Of a stretch of 64,000 nucleotides of DNA, positions 47,712 to 58,540 are shown piece by piece. This stretch comes from Flavihumibacter cheonanensis (GTDB lineage: Bacteria; Bacteroidota; Bacteroidia; Chitinophagales; Chitinophagaceae), in contig NZ_JAKRWF010000003.1 of assembly GCF_022352215.1 (NCBI RefSeq), positions 165,854-229,853 of the forward strand, given 5' to 3'. The notes under the pieces were generated by a model. The model was not told the origin of the DNA, did no database searches, and worked only from the letters and a program-made list of their open reading frames with translations. The position numbers and the translations under genes are program-made. The stretch's first letter is position 1. Every line of letters begins with the position of its first letter.

Positions 47712-49268
47712 TTATTTACTGCACATTTTGATCACAGGTACGATCATCTCCTCCATACTTACCCCTCCGTGCTGGAATGTATTACGATAATAATTTACGT
47801 AATGATTGTAATTATTCGGATAACAGAGATAACCATCCTCTTTGGCAAAAATGAAAGAGGAATTCACCGTAGGTACCGGTAATCCCGCTTCCTTCGGATC
47901 ACGAAATGCCAGCACTTCCTTAGGCTCGTAATTCAGGTTACGGCCATGTTTATAGCGAAGATTGGTAGTCGTCTGTTTATCCCCCACCACTTTATGAGGG
48001 GTATTAACGCGCACAGAGCCATGGTCTGTAGCCAGGATCAGGTTTATCTTTTTACCTGCAATTTTTTTCAGTGCCTGAAACAGAGGAGAATGTTCAAACC
48101 AACTGGCGGTAATGCTGCGATAACTGATCTCATCACTTGCCAGTTCCTTCAATACTTCCATTTCAGTTCTCGCATGGCTAAGCATATCCACAAAATTGTA
48201 GACAATCACATTCAGGTCGTTGCTAAGTAAATTATGAACATTGCTCACCAGTTCATTACCCGCCTGGTGATTCACCACCTTGATATAACTGTATTTGATA
48301 TTGTCTTTCTTTAATCGCTTCAACTGCCCTTTGAAAAATACTTCTTCCTGCAGATTTTTACCGCCTTCCTCTTCATCGTTTTTCCATAAATCCGGAAAGG
48401 ATTTTTCAATTTCTGATGGCATTAGTCCCGCGAAAATTGCATTCCTGGCATACTGTGTAGCAGTGGGTAATATGCTGTAAAAAGTATCTTCTTCCAGTAT
48501 CCGGAAATAATTGGCAAAAATTGGCTGGATCGCTTTCCACTGGTCAAAGCGCAGGTTATCAATCAAAATAAAAAAAGTTGGAACTCCTGGTTCCAGGTGC
48601 GGCAATACCTTAAACTGAAATACAGTGTTGCTCATGATCGGCGCATCGCTTGATTTAGGATGCACCCAGCCTAAGTAGTTTTTGGCGATGAATTTGCAAA
48701 ACTCGTTATTGGCTTCTTTCTTTTGAGAGAGCAAAATTTCCTGCATCTCCGGACTATCACTTTTCTCCATCTCCAGTTCCCAGTACACTAATTTTTTATA
48801 GATATCCATCCATTCGTTGTAGTCCGGATTACTGTTGAGGGCCATAAATAAATCACGAAACTGTTGCTGATAGGCAGAAGTGGTTTTTTCTGCCACGAGT
48901 CTTTTATTATCCAATATTTTTTTCAGGCTCAACAGTACCTGGTTGGGATTCACCGGTTTAATCAGGTAATCACTGATCTGCGAGCCAATCGCATCATCCA
49001 TGAGGTTTTCCGTTTCATTCTTGGTGATCATCACCACCGGTACCTGTTGATTGATCTCCTTGATCTTGGCCAGCGTTTCCAATCCGGTAATACCTGGCAT
49101 ACTCTCATCCAGCAACACCACATCAACCGGATGTTCCTTAACATAATCAATCGCATCAAATCCATTGGCAAGCGTATGTACGGCATAACCTTTGTTTTCA
49201 AGGAAAAGTTTCTGTGATTGCAGACTTTCCATTTCATCGTCGACCCAGAGTATGTTAGCTATTGGCAT
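47712..49268 (-). CDS. Response-regulator receiver domain fused to a PglZ (alkaline-phosphatase-like) domain
   Basis: It has an N-terminal REC (VDDE...D...K) and a C-terminal PglZ-like domain. It is divergent from an HD-domain gene and adjacent to the lpx cluster, as in many Bacteroidota. Confidence 0.75.
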   Translation of the reverse strand: MPIANILWVDDEMESLQSQKLFLENKGYAVHTLANGFDAIDYVKEHPVDVVLLDESMPGITGLETLAKIKEINQQVPVVMITKNETENLMDDAIGSQISDYLIKPVNPNQVLLSLKKILDNKRLVAEKTTSAYQQQFRDLFMALNSNPDYNEWMDIYKKLVYWELEMEKSDSPEMQEILLSQKKEANNEFCKFIAKNYLGWVHPKSSDAPIMSNTVFQFKVLPHLEPGVPTFFILIDNLRFDQWKAIQPIFANYFRILEEDTFYSILPTATQYARNAIFAGLMPSEIEKSFPDLWKNDEEEGGKNLQEEVFFKGQLKRLKKDNIKYSYIKVVNHQAGNELVSNVHNLLSNDLNVIVYNFVDMLSHARTEMEVLKELASDEISYRSITASWFEHSPLFQALKKIAGKKINLILATDHGSVRVNTPHKVVGDKQTTTNLRYKHGRNLNYEPKEVLAFRDPKEAGLPVPTVNSSFIFAKEDGYLCYPNNYNHYVNYYRNTFQHGGVSMEEMIVPVIKMCSK

Positions 49269-49348
49269 AGACTCAAATGTAATTTATCTGTCCGGCTTCG
49301 TACTTTTGCCGGCTAGCTATTAGAAGAATTTAACAAATAAAGCAAGGA

Positions 49349-50578
49349 ATGGCGGAACGGAGAAAAATCATCAATGACCCGGTGTATGGCTTTATCACCA
49401 TTGATCACCCCCTGGTATTCAAGGTGATTGGCCATCCTTGTTACCAGCGGCTGCGCAGGATCCAGCAAATGGCTTTCGCGCACCTGGTGTACCCGGGAGC
49501 AGTACACAGCCGGCTTCACCATTCATTGGGTGCCTATCACCTGATGTGTAATGCCCTGCAGGAGCTAAAAAGCAAAGGCGTTTCGATTACAGCGGAAGAA
49601 GAGCTGGCCGCCAAAATTGCGATTCTGCTGCATGATATTGGTCACGGTCCTTTTTCTCATGCACTCGAGCATACATTAATCGAAGGCGTGCACCATGAAA
49701 GCATCAGCCTGCAGATCATGCAAGTGCTGAACAAAGAAAATGATGGTGCACTGGATACCGCCATTCAGATTTTCAGTAACACTTACGAAAAACCATTCCT
49801 GCATCAACTCGTATCCGGGCAATTGGATGTAGACAGGATGGATTATCTGACCCGTGACAGTTTTTTCACCGGTGTATCGGAAGGCGTGATTGGATATGAC
49901 CGGATAATCAAAATGCTGACAGTCAGGGATGGAGAGCTGTTGGTGGAAGAAAAAGGAATTTTCTCCATAGAGAAATTCCTGGTCGCACGCCGACTCATGT
50001 ACTGGCAGGTTTACCTCCACAAAACTGTATTGGGAGCAGAAAAGATGCTGGTAAATATTATTCGTCGGGCCAAACATTTACTCCAATCAGGCTCCAACCT
50101 ACCTATTCCTTCTCCCGTACTGGAACTTTTCCTGAATCAACAGACGCCTCTCCCACTGGCAGGCGATCGGCTGGATGCTTTTTGCCAGTTAGATGATTAT
50201 GACCTGATGGCTGCTGTAAAAACCTGGAGTCGCCACCCCGACAAGGTATTATCGACCCTTTGCCGGATGCTGATCAACCGGAAACTGTTAAAAGTGAAGT
50301 TACAGGCAGAACCCATGGAACCAGCTAAAGTAGCTGCTATCCGGCAAAACCTGTTGCAGCAGTCCGGCTTCTCGGAAGCAGAACTGGACTATTTTGTATT
50401 TAGTGGTGAGACCAGTAATACCACGTATGATCCAAAGGAAGAAAGGATTCGTATACTTTTCAAGAACGGTACAGTACGTGATATATCGGAAGTAGATAAT
50501 GCACTTATTCAGCACAATTTATCCCGCCCTATTAAAAAATACTACTTTTGCTATTTAGATCCGGGATCGGCTACATAA
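49349..50578 (+). CDS. HD-domain phosphohydrolase
   Basis: It has the HD motif (LLHDIGHGPFSH) and is 409 aa. Confidence 0.8.
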   Translation: MAERRKIINDPVYGFITIDHPLVFKVIGHPCYQRLRRIQQMAFAHLVYPGAVHSRLHHSLGAYHLMCNALQELKSKGVSITAEEELAAKIAILLHDIGHGPFSHALEHTLIEGVHHESISLQIMQVLNKENDGALDTAIQIFSNTYEKPFLHQLVSGQLDVDRMDYLTRDSFFTGVSEGVIGYDRIIKMLTVRDGELLVEEKGIFSIEKFLVARRLMYWQVYLHKTVLGAEKMLVNIIRRAKHLLQSGSNLPIPSPVLELFLNQQTPLPLAGDRLDAFCQLDDYDLMAAVKTWSRHPDKVLSTLCRMLINRKLLKVKLQAEPMEPAKVAAIRQNLLQQSGFSEAELDYFVFSGETSNTTYDPKEERIRILFKNGTVRDISEVDNALIQHNLSRPIKKYYFCYLDPGSAT

Positions 50579-50591
50579 AATTAATTATTCT

Positions 50592-51644
50592 ATGCAATTC
50601 AGTGCTTCACAAATCGCACTACTCATTAATGGCAAAGTAGAAGGAGATGCTCAGGCAACTGTGGGATCATTTGGAAAAATCGAAGAAGCCAAAGCCGGAC
50701 AACTGGCCTTCCTGGCCAATCCCAAATACGAAGATCATCTATATTCTACCAGCGCATCCATCGTTATCATAAACGAAAACCTGGAACTCCGCCAGCCGGT
50801 TAAAGCCGCGTTGATCAGAGTACCGGATGCTTATACTGCCTTTGCTACCCTTTTATCCAAATACCAGGAATTAAAAACCCAACAACTCGTTGGCCGACAG
50901 GAGCCGGTTTACGTAGCTGAGTCGGCTAAAATCGGCGATCAGGTTTTCCTGGGAGCTTTTGTATACATTGGCGAAAACGTAGTAATAGGCAACAACGTAA
51001 AAATATTCCCCAACAGTTTTATTGGTAACAATGTCCGCATTGGCGATAATACTATCATACATGCGGGTGTAAAAATTTACCACGACTGCCAGCTCGGCAA
51101 AAACATCAATGTACATGCGGGAACAGTGATTGGCAGTGATGGATTTGGCTTCGCCCCCCAGGCAGATGGCAGTTTCAAGAAAGTTCCGCAGATCGGTAAT
51201 GTAATTGTTGAAGACTATGTAGAGATAGGTGCGAATGCAACCATTGATCGGGCAACGATCGGCTCTACTATTATTCGCAGTGGTGCCAAGCTGGATAACC
51301 TGATCCAGGTAGCGCATAATGTAGAAGTTGGAAATAATACAGTAATCGCAGCACAAGCCGGGGTAAGTGGCAGTACCAAAATCGGAAACAATGTTATGAT
51401 CGGCGGACAAGCTGGCATTGTAGGGCATATCAGCATTGCTGATGGTACCAAGATCAACGCACAAAGTGGTGTTAGCAAGTCCATCAAACAACCCAATACA
51501 GCAGTAACCGGATCACCGGCCTTTGATTACACCAGTGCCCTGCGCAGCCAGGCCTTGAGTCGCAATTTACCTGACCTTGAAAAAAGATTGAAGGAACTGG
51601 AACAACTAGTAAAGCAATTGCTGGCGGAGCGGGTGAATCTCTAA
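50592..51644 (+). CDS. lpxD: UDP-3-O-acylglucosamine N-acyltransferase
   Basis: It has hexapeptide repeats, an LpxD N-terminal domain and a C-terminal coiled-coil helix. Confidence 0.9.
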   Translation: MQFSASQIALLINGKVEGDAQATVGSFGKIEEAKAGQLAFLANPKYEDHLYSTSASIVIINENLELRQPVKAALIRVPDAYTAFATLLSKYQELKTQQLVGRQEPVYVAESAKIGDQVFLGAFVYIGENVVIGNNVKIFPNSFIGNNVRIGDNTIIHAGVKIYHDCQLGKNINVHAGTVIGSDGFGFAPQADGSFKKVPQIGNVIVEDYVEIGANATIDRATIGSTIIRSGAKLDNLIQVAHNVEVGNNTVIAAQAGVSGSTKIGNNVMIGGQAGIVGHISIADGTKINAQSGVSKSIKQPNTAVTGSPAFDYTSALRSQALSRNLPDLEKRLKELEQLVKQLLAERVNL

Positions 51645-51657
51645 TTTCCCTTTTGGA

Positions 51658-53097
51658 TTGATGCGTTATATTTGCCCTTCAATTTTAAGTATGGACGCAA
51701 ATTTCAATCCCGATAAGCAGCATACCGTTGGAGCGGAGATCAGTATTTCAGGAACCGGCCTGCATACCGGTGTCAAAGTTGACATGACTTTTCGGCCTGC
51801 CGCACCCGGATTTGGAATTCAGTTTCAGCGAATTGATCTGGCCGGACAACCCATCATCAAAGCGGATTGTGACCTCGTAACAGATACTTCCCGTGGTACT
51901 ACCCTGGAAGATAATGGTGCCAGAATAAGCACGGTTGAACATGTGCTGGCTGCCCTGGTAGGCATGGGCGTGGACAATGTGCTGATTGAAATCAATGGCC
52001 CGGAAACTCCAATTATGGATGGCAGTTCACAGCCCTTTGTGGAACTGCTCCAGGAAGTTGGCGTTCAGGAACAGCCTGCTGCCAAAGCCTGGTACAGCAT
52101 CGATGAAAATATTTACCACTACGATGAAAAAAAGCGGGTAGAAATGGTGGCCATGCCTTCCATGGATTACCAGATCACCACCCTGATCGATTTCAATAGC
52201 CCGGTACTGGGCACCCAGCATGCCGGACTCAAGAATATGCGGGAATTTGTGAAAGAAATCAGTCCCTGCAGAACCTTTGTTTTCCTCCATGAACTGGAAA
52301 TGCTACTGGATAACAACCTCATCAAAGGAGGAGATATCAATAACGCGATTGTAGTGGTGGACAAGCCTGTAACAGAAGATGAAATGCACCGGCTGGCAAA
52401 ATCTTTCGGAAGGGATAAAATGGAAGTAAAGCATGAAGGGTACCTCAATAACCTGGAGCTTCGTTTTCCCAATGAACCTGCCCGCCATAAATTACTGGAT
52501 GTGGTAGGTGATCTGGCACTCATTGGTTACCCGGTAAAAGCAAGAATCATAGCCAACCGTCCGGGGCATAGCACGAATGTGGAGTTTGCCAAAAAGATCA
52601 AACAGTACATTAAAAAGAACCGGCACCTGAAAGATGTTCCGGTATATGATTGCAACCAGCCTCCTATTTATACAGCGCAGCAGATCGAACAGACATTACC
52701 GCACCGCTATCCTTTTTTACTGGTAGATAAGATCATTGAACTGACTGATAAAATGATTGTGGGAGTGAAGAACGTAACCTTCAATGAACCTTTCTTCACC
52801 GGGCATTTTCCAGGCAACCCAGTTATGCCAGGTGTGTTGCTTTGTGAAGCCCTGGCTCAAACCGGAGGCATCCTGGCGATCAACTCTATGCCAGCCGGGC
52901 AATATGATACCTATTTCTTAAAAATTGATAACTGCAAATTCAAGCAGAAGATTGTACCTGGTGACACCATGCTCCTCAAAATGGAACTCTCCGCCCCTAT
53001 CCGCAGAGGCATCTGCGAAATGCGGGGAACCGTTTATGTAGGAAATAAGCTTTGTGCCGAAGCCGATATGGTGGCACAGGTGGTGAAACGGGTATAA
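51658..53097 (+). CDS. lpxC: Bifunctional UDP-3-O-acyl-GlcNAc deacetylase / 3-hydroxyacyl-ACP dehydratase (LpxC-FabZ fusion)
   Basis: It has an N-terminal LpxC and a C-terminal FabZ hot-dog fold (FFTGHFPGNPVMPGV). The fusion is typical of Bacteroidota. Confidence 0.9.
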   Translation: MMRYICPSILSMDANFNPDKQHTVGAEISISGTGLHTGVKVDMTFRPAAPGFGIQFQRIDLAGQPIIKADCDLVTDTSRGTTLEDNGARISTVEHVLAALVGMGVDNVLIEINGPETPIMDGSSQPFVELLQEVGVQEQPAAKAWYSIDENIYHYDEKKRVEMVAMPSMDYQITTLIDFNSPVLGTQHAGLKNMREFVKEISPCRTFVFLHELEMLLDNNLIKGGDINNAIVVVDKPVTEDEMHRLAKSFGRDKMEVKHEGYLNNLELRFPNEPARHKLLDVVGDLALIGYPVKARIIANRPGHSTNVEFAKKIKQYIKKNRHLKDVPVYDCNQPPIYTAQQIEQTLPHRYPFLLVDKIIELTDKMIVGVKNVTFNEPFFTGHFPGNPVMPGVLLCEALAQTGGILAINSMPAGQYDTYFLKIDNCKFKQKIVPGDTMLLKMELSAPIRRGICEMRGTVYVGNKLCAEADMVAQVVKRV

Positions 53098-53144
53098 ACA
53101 CCTATTTTTGCACGTCAGATTAAAAATCTGACGTTTTTTTTAAT

Positions 53145-53951
53145 ATGATTCATCCACATACCTATATACATCCGAACGCGAGGCTGGCCACCAATGTGAA
53201 AGTTGATCCCTTTACTGTTATTCACCAGGACGTGGAGATCGGTGAAGGAACCTGGATCAGCAGCAATGTGACCATCATGGAAGGTGCCCGCATCGGTAAA
53301 AACTGCCGGATTTTTCCGGGAGCGGTTATTGCGGCAGTTCCACAGGATCTGAAATTTGAAGGCGAATACTCCATCGTTGAAATCGGCGATGACACTACCA
53401 TACGGGAATTTGTAACCATCAACCGCGGAACCAAAGACCGCGGTCGTACGGCAGTAGGAAAAAACTGCCTAATCATGGCGTACAGCCACCTGGCACATGA
53501 TTGCATTATTGGGAATAATGTAATTATGAGTAACAATGTACAGATGGCCGGACATGTGACCGTTGGTGATTGGGCCATTATTGGTGGTGTGAGTGCGGTG
53601 CATCAGTTTGTACAGATTGGTCAGCATGCTTTCGTAAGTGGCGGATCACTGGTAAGCAAGGATGTACCTCCTTTTATCAAAGCAGCCCGTACACCTCTCT
53701 CCTATGCAGGGGTTAATTCAGTGGGACTAAAACGCCGTGGTTTTAGTGTAGATCGCATCAATCACATCCTGGATATCTATCGCATTCTTTACAATAAGGG
53801 CATGAACACTTCCCAGGCATTGGAATTCATTGAGGAGGAATTCAGTGCTACTGATGAACGGGATGAAATTGTAACCTTTATCCGGGAAAGCGGGAGGGGT
53901 ATCATCAAACGATACACCAAAGGAAGCACGGATGACGATATCTCTATCTGA
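53145..53951 (+). CDS. lpxA: Acyl-ACP--UDP-N-acetylglucosamine O-acyltransferase
   Basis: It has a left-handed beta-helix of hexapeptide repeats plus a C-terminal helical domain. Confidence 0.9.
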   Translation: MIHPHTYIHPNARLATNVKVDPFTVIHQDVEIGEGTWISSNVTIMEGARIGKNCRIFPGAVIAAVPQDLKFEGEYSIVEIGDDTTIREFVTINRGTKDRGRTAVGKNCLIMAYSHLAHDCIIGNNVIMSNNVQMAGHVTVGDWAIIGGVSAVHQFVQIGQHAFVSGGSLVSKDVPPFIKAARTPLSYAGVNSVGLKRRGFSVDRINHILDIYRILYNKGMNTSQALEFIEEEFSATDERDEIVTFIRESGRGIIKRYTKGSTDDDISI

Positions 53952-54570
53952 TACGGGTAAACGATATAACCGCGAATGGATCTTTCGCGGGCTTTCCTAC
54001 GAATTTACTATCGGCAATGCTTATGCTATAACCGGACCAAATGGTTCTGGCAAGTCCACCTTATTACAAGTACTGGCTGGGGCAGTGGCACATTCGGAAG
54101 GTAAAATAAACTGGCAAAATACAACCGGTAGTATTGACCCCGACCAGGTATACAAACAACTTTCTATAGCAGCACCTTACCTGGATCTGATTGAAGAGAT
54201 GACTGCCCTGGAATTTTTGCAATTTCATCAATCCTTCAAACCCTTTTTGCCTGGCTTTTCAATTGAATCCATGCTGGAGCGTGTGGGACTTCAAAATGCC
54301 CTGCACAAGCAAATCCGATTTTATTCTTCGGGAATGAAACAGCGTATCAAATTGATACAGGCTATTTTTTCGGATACAGCACTCTTATTGCTTGACGAGC
54401 CCTGCTCCAACCTGGACACATCAGGAATTAGTATGTACCAGGAATTAATGTCTGCGTTCAGCCAGAACCGACTGGTGATTGTAAGTAGTAATGACCCGCA
54501 GGAATATGGATTTTGCCAGGAGAAATTATCCATCCTCGACTGGAAACCGGTAGCAAAAAAAAACCGTTAA
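53932..54570 (+). CDS. ABC transporter ATP-binding protein
   Basis: It has Walker A GPNGSGKST, the signature SSGMKQR and Walker B LLLDEP. It overlaps the lpxA 3' end by 20 nt. Confidence 0.75.
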   Translation: MTISLSDTGKRYNREWIFRGLSYEFTIGNAYAITGPNGSGKSTLLQVLAGAVAHSEGKINWQNTTGSIDPDQVYKQLSIAAPYLDLIEEMTALEFLQFHQSFKPFLPGFSIESMLERVGLQNALHKQIRFYSSGMKQRIKLIQAIFSDTALLLLDEPCSNLDTSGISMYQELMSAFSQNRLVIVSSNDPQEYGFCQEKLSILDWKPVAKKNR

Positions 54571-55781
54571 CGCCTGCTTGCAATCAGCAGGTTCAGATCC
54601 GTATACTTCAGGTTAAAACGCTGGCTGAGATGAAAATGCGTAAGCGCTCCTTTAAACAGGTAAATGCCGCTACGCAGGTAGATTTTTTGCCAGATCAGGT
54701 TTTCAATACCCCCTTCTTCAGCAGCTTCTAGCAATAAGGGCATCAAAACATTGCTGATACCATGTGAAGCCGTACGGGCAAATCCGGATGGAATATTTGG
54801 AACACAATAATGAATCACCCCGTATTTCATGAAAATCGGTTGTTCATGACTGGTGATTTCGGAAGTTTCAAAACAGCCGCCGCTGTCGATACTAACGTCA
54901 ATGACTACACTACCGGGGCGCATGTTACTCACCATTTCCTCAGTAACAACAACAGGAGCTCTGCCGGTACTTGAACCAAGTGCACCTACTGCTACTTCAC
55001 AGGTTTTGAGTTGTTTGGCCAGTATCTTGGGTTCCAGCACGGAGGTCCAAAGGCGGTGGCCGATATTATTCTGTAATTGTTTCAGCCGGTACACACTGTT
55101 GTCGAACACTTTTACGGAGGCGCCCAGCGCGATGGCTGCCCTTGCAGCATACTCTCCAACGATGCCTGCACCTATGATGATAACTTTGGAAGGTGGAATT
55201 CCGGAAATACCTCCGAGCAAAACACCCTTGCCATGATTAGCCGAACTCAGGTATTGACCGGCAATTAACATCACGGCGCTTCCTGCAATTTCACTCATGC
55301 TACGAACAATGGGAAGAGACCCGCTTTCATCTTTGAGTTGTTCAAAGCAGAGGGCAGTAATTTTTTTGTCCATCATCTTCTCCAACAGGGCAGCTTTAAG
55401 CAGCGTTGTATGCATGGGAGAAATGATTACCTGGCCCATTTGCAGCAGCGGGATATCCTCTTCAATAACCGGAGCACTTTTCACCAGGATAGGAGCTTTA
55501 TACACTTCTGCTTTTTCATAGACGATACGCGCGCCCGCTTCGCTGTAATCACGATCACGGAAATGAGCCGCATCACCTGCATTGTGCTCGATGGTGACCT
55601 GGTGGCCATTACTTACCAGAACACCTACAGCATCCGGTGTGAGGGAGATACGATTTTCCTGGAATGCTATTTCTTTCGGAATACCAATATGCAATTGGGC
55701 GCCGGTTGGTTTCACATCCAAAGTCTCTTCCAGTGTTTCGTAACTGAAGGAGGTGCTGATAAATGGTTTTTGCTGCGACAT
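54567..55781 (-). CDS. ald: Alanine dehydrogenase
   Basis: GIPKEIAFQENRISLTP and a Rossmann GAGIVG motif match the AlaDH/PNT family. Confidence 0.8.
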   Translation of the reverse strand: MSQQKPFISTSFSYETLEETLDVKPTGAQLHIGIPKEIAFQENRISLTPDAVGVLVSNGHQVTIEHNAGDAAHFRDRDYSEAGARIVYEKAEVYKAPILVKSAPVIEEDIPLLQMGQVIISPMHTTLLKAALLEKMMDKKITALCFEQLKDESGSLPIVRSMSEIAGSAVMLIAGQYLSSANHGKGVLLGGISGIPPSKVIIIGAGIVGEYAARAAIALGASVKVFDNSVYRLKQLQNNIGHRLWTSVLEPKILAKQLKTCEVAVGALGSSTGRAPVVVTEEMVSNMRPGSVVIDVSIDSGGCFETSEITSHEQPIFMKYGVIHYCVPNIPSGFARTASHGISNVLMPLLLEAAEEGGIENLIWQKIYLRSGIYLFKGALTHFHLSQRFNLKYTDLNLLIASRR

Positions 55782-55827
55782 GAAATAGATCGAGTTGGAA
55801 AATTACAATTTCTGCGGCGATTTTTGA

Positions 55828-56256
55828 CTAAGAAGGGGTTGAATCCCTGAGTTCGAGGTAGCGGGTGGTTGGGTCCTCAACCCGGATGGTGATGGTAACC
55901 AGGTTATCTGGCAGGAGACGCGGGATTTTTTCAGCCCATTCAATGAAACACCAGTGATTTCCTTCCAGGCAATCTTCTATACCCGCATCTACGGCTTCTT
56001 CTTCAGATTTAAGGCGATAACAATCTATGTGAAAAACAGGCCCACTTTCGCTGGCATATTCATTAATGATGGAAAAAGTTGGACTGCCCACCGGATCTTT
56101 CACACCCAGGGCATCACAAAGTGCATGAACCAGGGTGGTTTTACCCGCTCCCATGGGTGCATTAAAAGCAATGATACGGGGCTGCTTCAGGTAGTTCAGA
56201 ATTTCCCGGGCCACAAGGTGCAATTCTGAGTAGGTAAAACGTCGAACCATATCCAA
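55828..56256 (-). CDS. tsaE: tRNA threonylcarbamoyladenosine biosynthesis ATPase TsaE
   Basis: It is 142 aa with the P-loop GAGKTT. Confidence 0.85.
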   Translation of the reverse strand: MDMVRRFTYSELHLVAREILNYLKQPRIIAFNAPMGAGKTTLVHALCDALGVKDPVGSPTFSIINEYASESGPVFHIDCYRLKSEEEAVDAGIEDCLEGNHWCFIEWAEKIPRLLPDNLVTITIRVEDPTTRYLELRDSTPS

Positions 56257-56332
56257 AATTAGGGCAATTTAACCGCCTTCCTGCCAGCCAGGCTTTTCGT
56301 AAATTTGCTCATTAACAGGCAAATGATGAAAT

Positions 56333-58471
56333 ATGGAATCAATTAATTGGAAAGTGGAAGGAATGACCTGTTCCAACTGTGCCCTCAGTGTAACCAAATA
56401 TCTTGAGAAAGAGGGAATGCAGAATGTGAAAGTTAACCCGATTGATGGCGATGTTCATTTTGAAACAGTTCACTTCGATAAAGAAAAGCAGGCTAGTTTA
56501 ACAAAGGGAATCTCCTCCCTTGGGTATGCGGTTGTACATGAAAAAGCAGCCAAACCAGCCGAGGGCCAGCAACCGCCCATGAACAAATACCTGCGGTATA
56601 TGCTGATCTGTCTGCCCTTTACACTGGTACTTATGTTGCATATGATACCGGGATTACATTGTGACTGGCTTATGAACCCCTGGGTCCAGCTCGCTTTGAG
56701 TTTACCGGTTTATGCAATCGGAATGTATCATTTTGGACGAAGTGCCTGGAAGAGTCTCCGTTCAGGAGTTCCGAATATGAATGTGTTAATTGCCCTGGGC
56801 GCAACTGCCGCTTTTGTATATAGCCTGGTGGGGATATTTCTAGAACAGCCCGGCGATTATCTGTTTTTTGAAACGGCTGCTGCTATCATCACCCTTGTGT
56901 TTTTAGGAAATTACCTGGAGGATCTTTCCATCCATAGCACACAACGCGAATTGAACAAACTGGTCAGGAGTCAAAAAGTAATGGCGAATATGATCGCCTT
57001 TGACGATCAGCACCAGGAATTGGTCTTTCCCATTGAGAATACGCAATTGAAAAGTGGTGATCTGATCCTGATAAAAAATGGGGAGCAGGTTCCTGCGGAT
57101 GCTAAAATATTATGGGGTGAGGCCAGCGTGAATGAATCCATCATTACCGGTGAAAGTGAACCCATTCTAAAAAAGCAGAAGGATATGTTGATAGGCGGCA
57201 GTCTTTTATTAGAAGGAACCGTGAAAGCGCAGGTAACGGCCGGAGCGGATCAGTCGGTATTGGCGAATATCATCAACCTGGTGAAAAAGGCGCAGGGAGA
57301 TAAACCACCCGTTCAGCGTATGGCAGACCGGATCAGCGCGATTTTTGTGCCGGTAGTGCTGGTGATAGCATTGCTGACATTTGGGTTGAATTATATTTTT
57401 CTGTCAGGTTCATCTGAACATGCCCTGCGTGATTCATTAATGCGCAGCATTGCGGTACTAGTGATCGCTTGTCCCTGTGCCATGGGTCTGGCCACACCTG
57501 CGGCGATCGCAGTAGGATTGGGTCGTGCAGCCCGAAAAGGAATACTCTTTCGAAATGCCAAATCCCTTGAAGCGTTTAAAGATATCAAACAGGTGGTCTT
57601 TGATAAAACCGGCACGGTAACCACTGGCAGTTTTACCATCCAGCAATTTGAAGCATTGGGGGTATCGGCAGATGAATTCAAACGAATTGTGGTGTCGCTG
57701 GAAAAATATTCCAATCACCCAATTGCACAGGCGATTAGTCGCGAGTGGAAAAACAACAACCTGATCCGCTGGGCTTCCATTGAAGAAGTAAAAGGCAAAG
57801 GCATGAAAGCAATGAGTAAGGATGGTGATCAATACTGGGCCGGCTCTTATGAAATTGCCAATAGCCATACCCGTGAGGATCATCATAATGTGTATATCCT
57901 GCGAAATGGGGAACTCATTGGCTGGATTGATGTGCGGGATGAAATACGTCCGGAAGCAAAGGAGGTGATGGATTACTTGCATAGTAAAGGAATTCATACC
58001 GTATTGCTCAGTGGCGACCGGCAGGCGAAGGCAGCAGTTATTGCTTCCCAGCTGGGCATCCGGGAAGTGATTGCGGAAAAATCACCAGAACAAAAACTGG
58101 CGATCATTGAAGAACGCAATGCAGCTATACCAACAGCAATGGTGGGTGATGGTATCAATGATGCGCCGGCACTGGCAAAAGCTTCCATTGGAATATCGCT
58201 GAGTGATGCTTCCCAGGTAGCGATGCAAACTGCCGATATTGTTCTTATGAATCACGGATTGACGCAACTCCCGGAAGCGCTGGGATTAGGAAAACACACC
58301 CTGCTTACAATCAAACAGAATTTATTCTGGGCCTTTGCCTATAATGTGGTTGCGATTCCGGTGGCTGCATTTGGATTCCTGACTCCCGCGATTGGTGCAC
58401 TGGTAATGGGCCTCAGTGATGTGGTGCTGGCAGTGAATTCGGTAAGGCTTTTTGTGAAGAGGGTGAAATAA
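56333..58471 (+). CDS. copA: Copper-translocating P1B-type ATPase
   Basis: It has an N-terminal HMA domain (GMTCSNCA), CPC in the TM region, DKTGT and GDGINDAP. Confidence 0.9.
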   Translation: MESINWKVEGMTCSNCALSVTKYLEKEGMQNVKVNPIDGDVHFETVHFDKEKQASLTKGISSLGYAVVHEKAAKPAEGQQPPMNKYLRYMLICLPFTLVLMLHMIPGLHCDWLMNPWVQLALSLPVYAIGMYHFGRSAWKSLRSGVPNMNVLIALGATAAFVYSLVGIFLEQPGDYLFFETAAAIITLVFLGNYLEDLSIHSTQRELNKLVRSQKVMANMIAFDDQHQELVFPIENTQLKSGDLILIKNGEQVPADAKILWGEASVNESIITGESEPILKKQKDMLIGGSLLLEGTVKAQVTAGADQSVLANIINLVKKAQGDKPPVQRMADRISAIFVPVVLVIALLTFGLNYIFLSGSSEHALRDSLMRSIAVLVIACPCAMGLATPAAIAVGLGRAARKGILFRNAKSLEAFKDIKQVVFDKTGTVTTGSFTIQQFEALGVSADEFKRIVVSLEKYSNHPIAQAISREWKNNNLIRWASIEEVKGKGMKAMSKDGDQYWAGSYEIANSHTREDHHNVYILRNGELIGWIDVRDEIRPEAKEVMDYLHSKGIHTVLLSGDRQAKAAVIASQLGIREVIAEKSPEQKLAIIEERNAAIPTAMVGDGINDAPALAKASIGISLSDASQVAMQTADIVLMNHGLTQLPEALGLGKHTLLTIKQNLFWAFAYNVVAIPVAAFGFLTPAIGALVMGLSDVVLAVNSVRLFVKRVK

Positions 58472-58472
58472 G

Positions 58473-58520
58473 TATGGAAAAGGGAGGATGGGAGGATGGA
58501 GGAAAGGAAGATGAATGAGG
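58473..58520. repeat. C-free GGA-rich purine tract (GGAAAAGGGAGGATGGGAGGATGGAGGAAAGGAAGATGAATGAGGG)
   Basis: It belongs to the same GGA/GGAAGATGGA family as the tracts at 40440 (minus orientation) and 62469. Confidence 0.8.
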
Positions 58521-58540
58521 GAACAACAAAACAATAACAA

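Noticed and set aside
47712-49268. Treating the PglZ-domain gene as part of a BREX or other phage-defence island
   Set aside because: No BrxA/B/C, PglX methyltransferase or BrxL is present nearby. The REC-PglZ fusion next to the HD and lpx genes is the conserved housekeeping arrangement in Bacteroidota.
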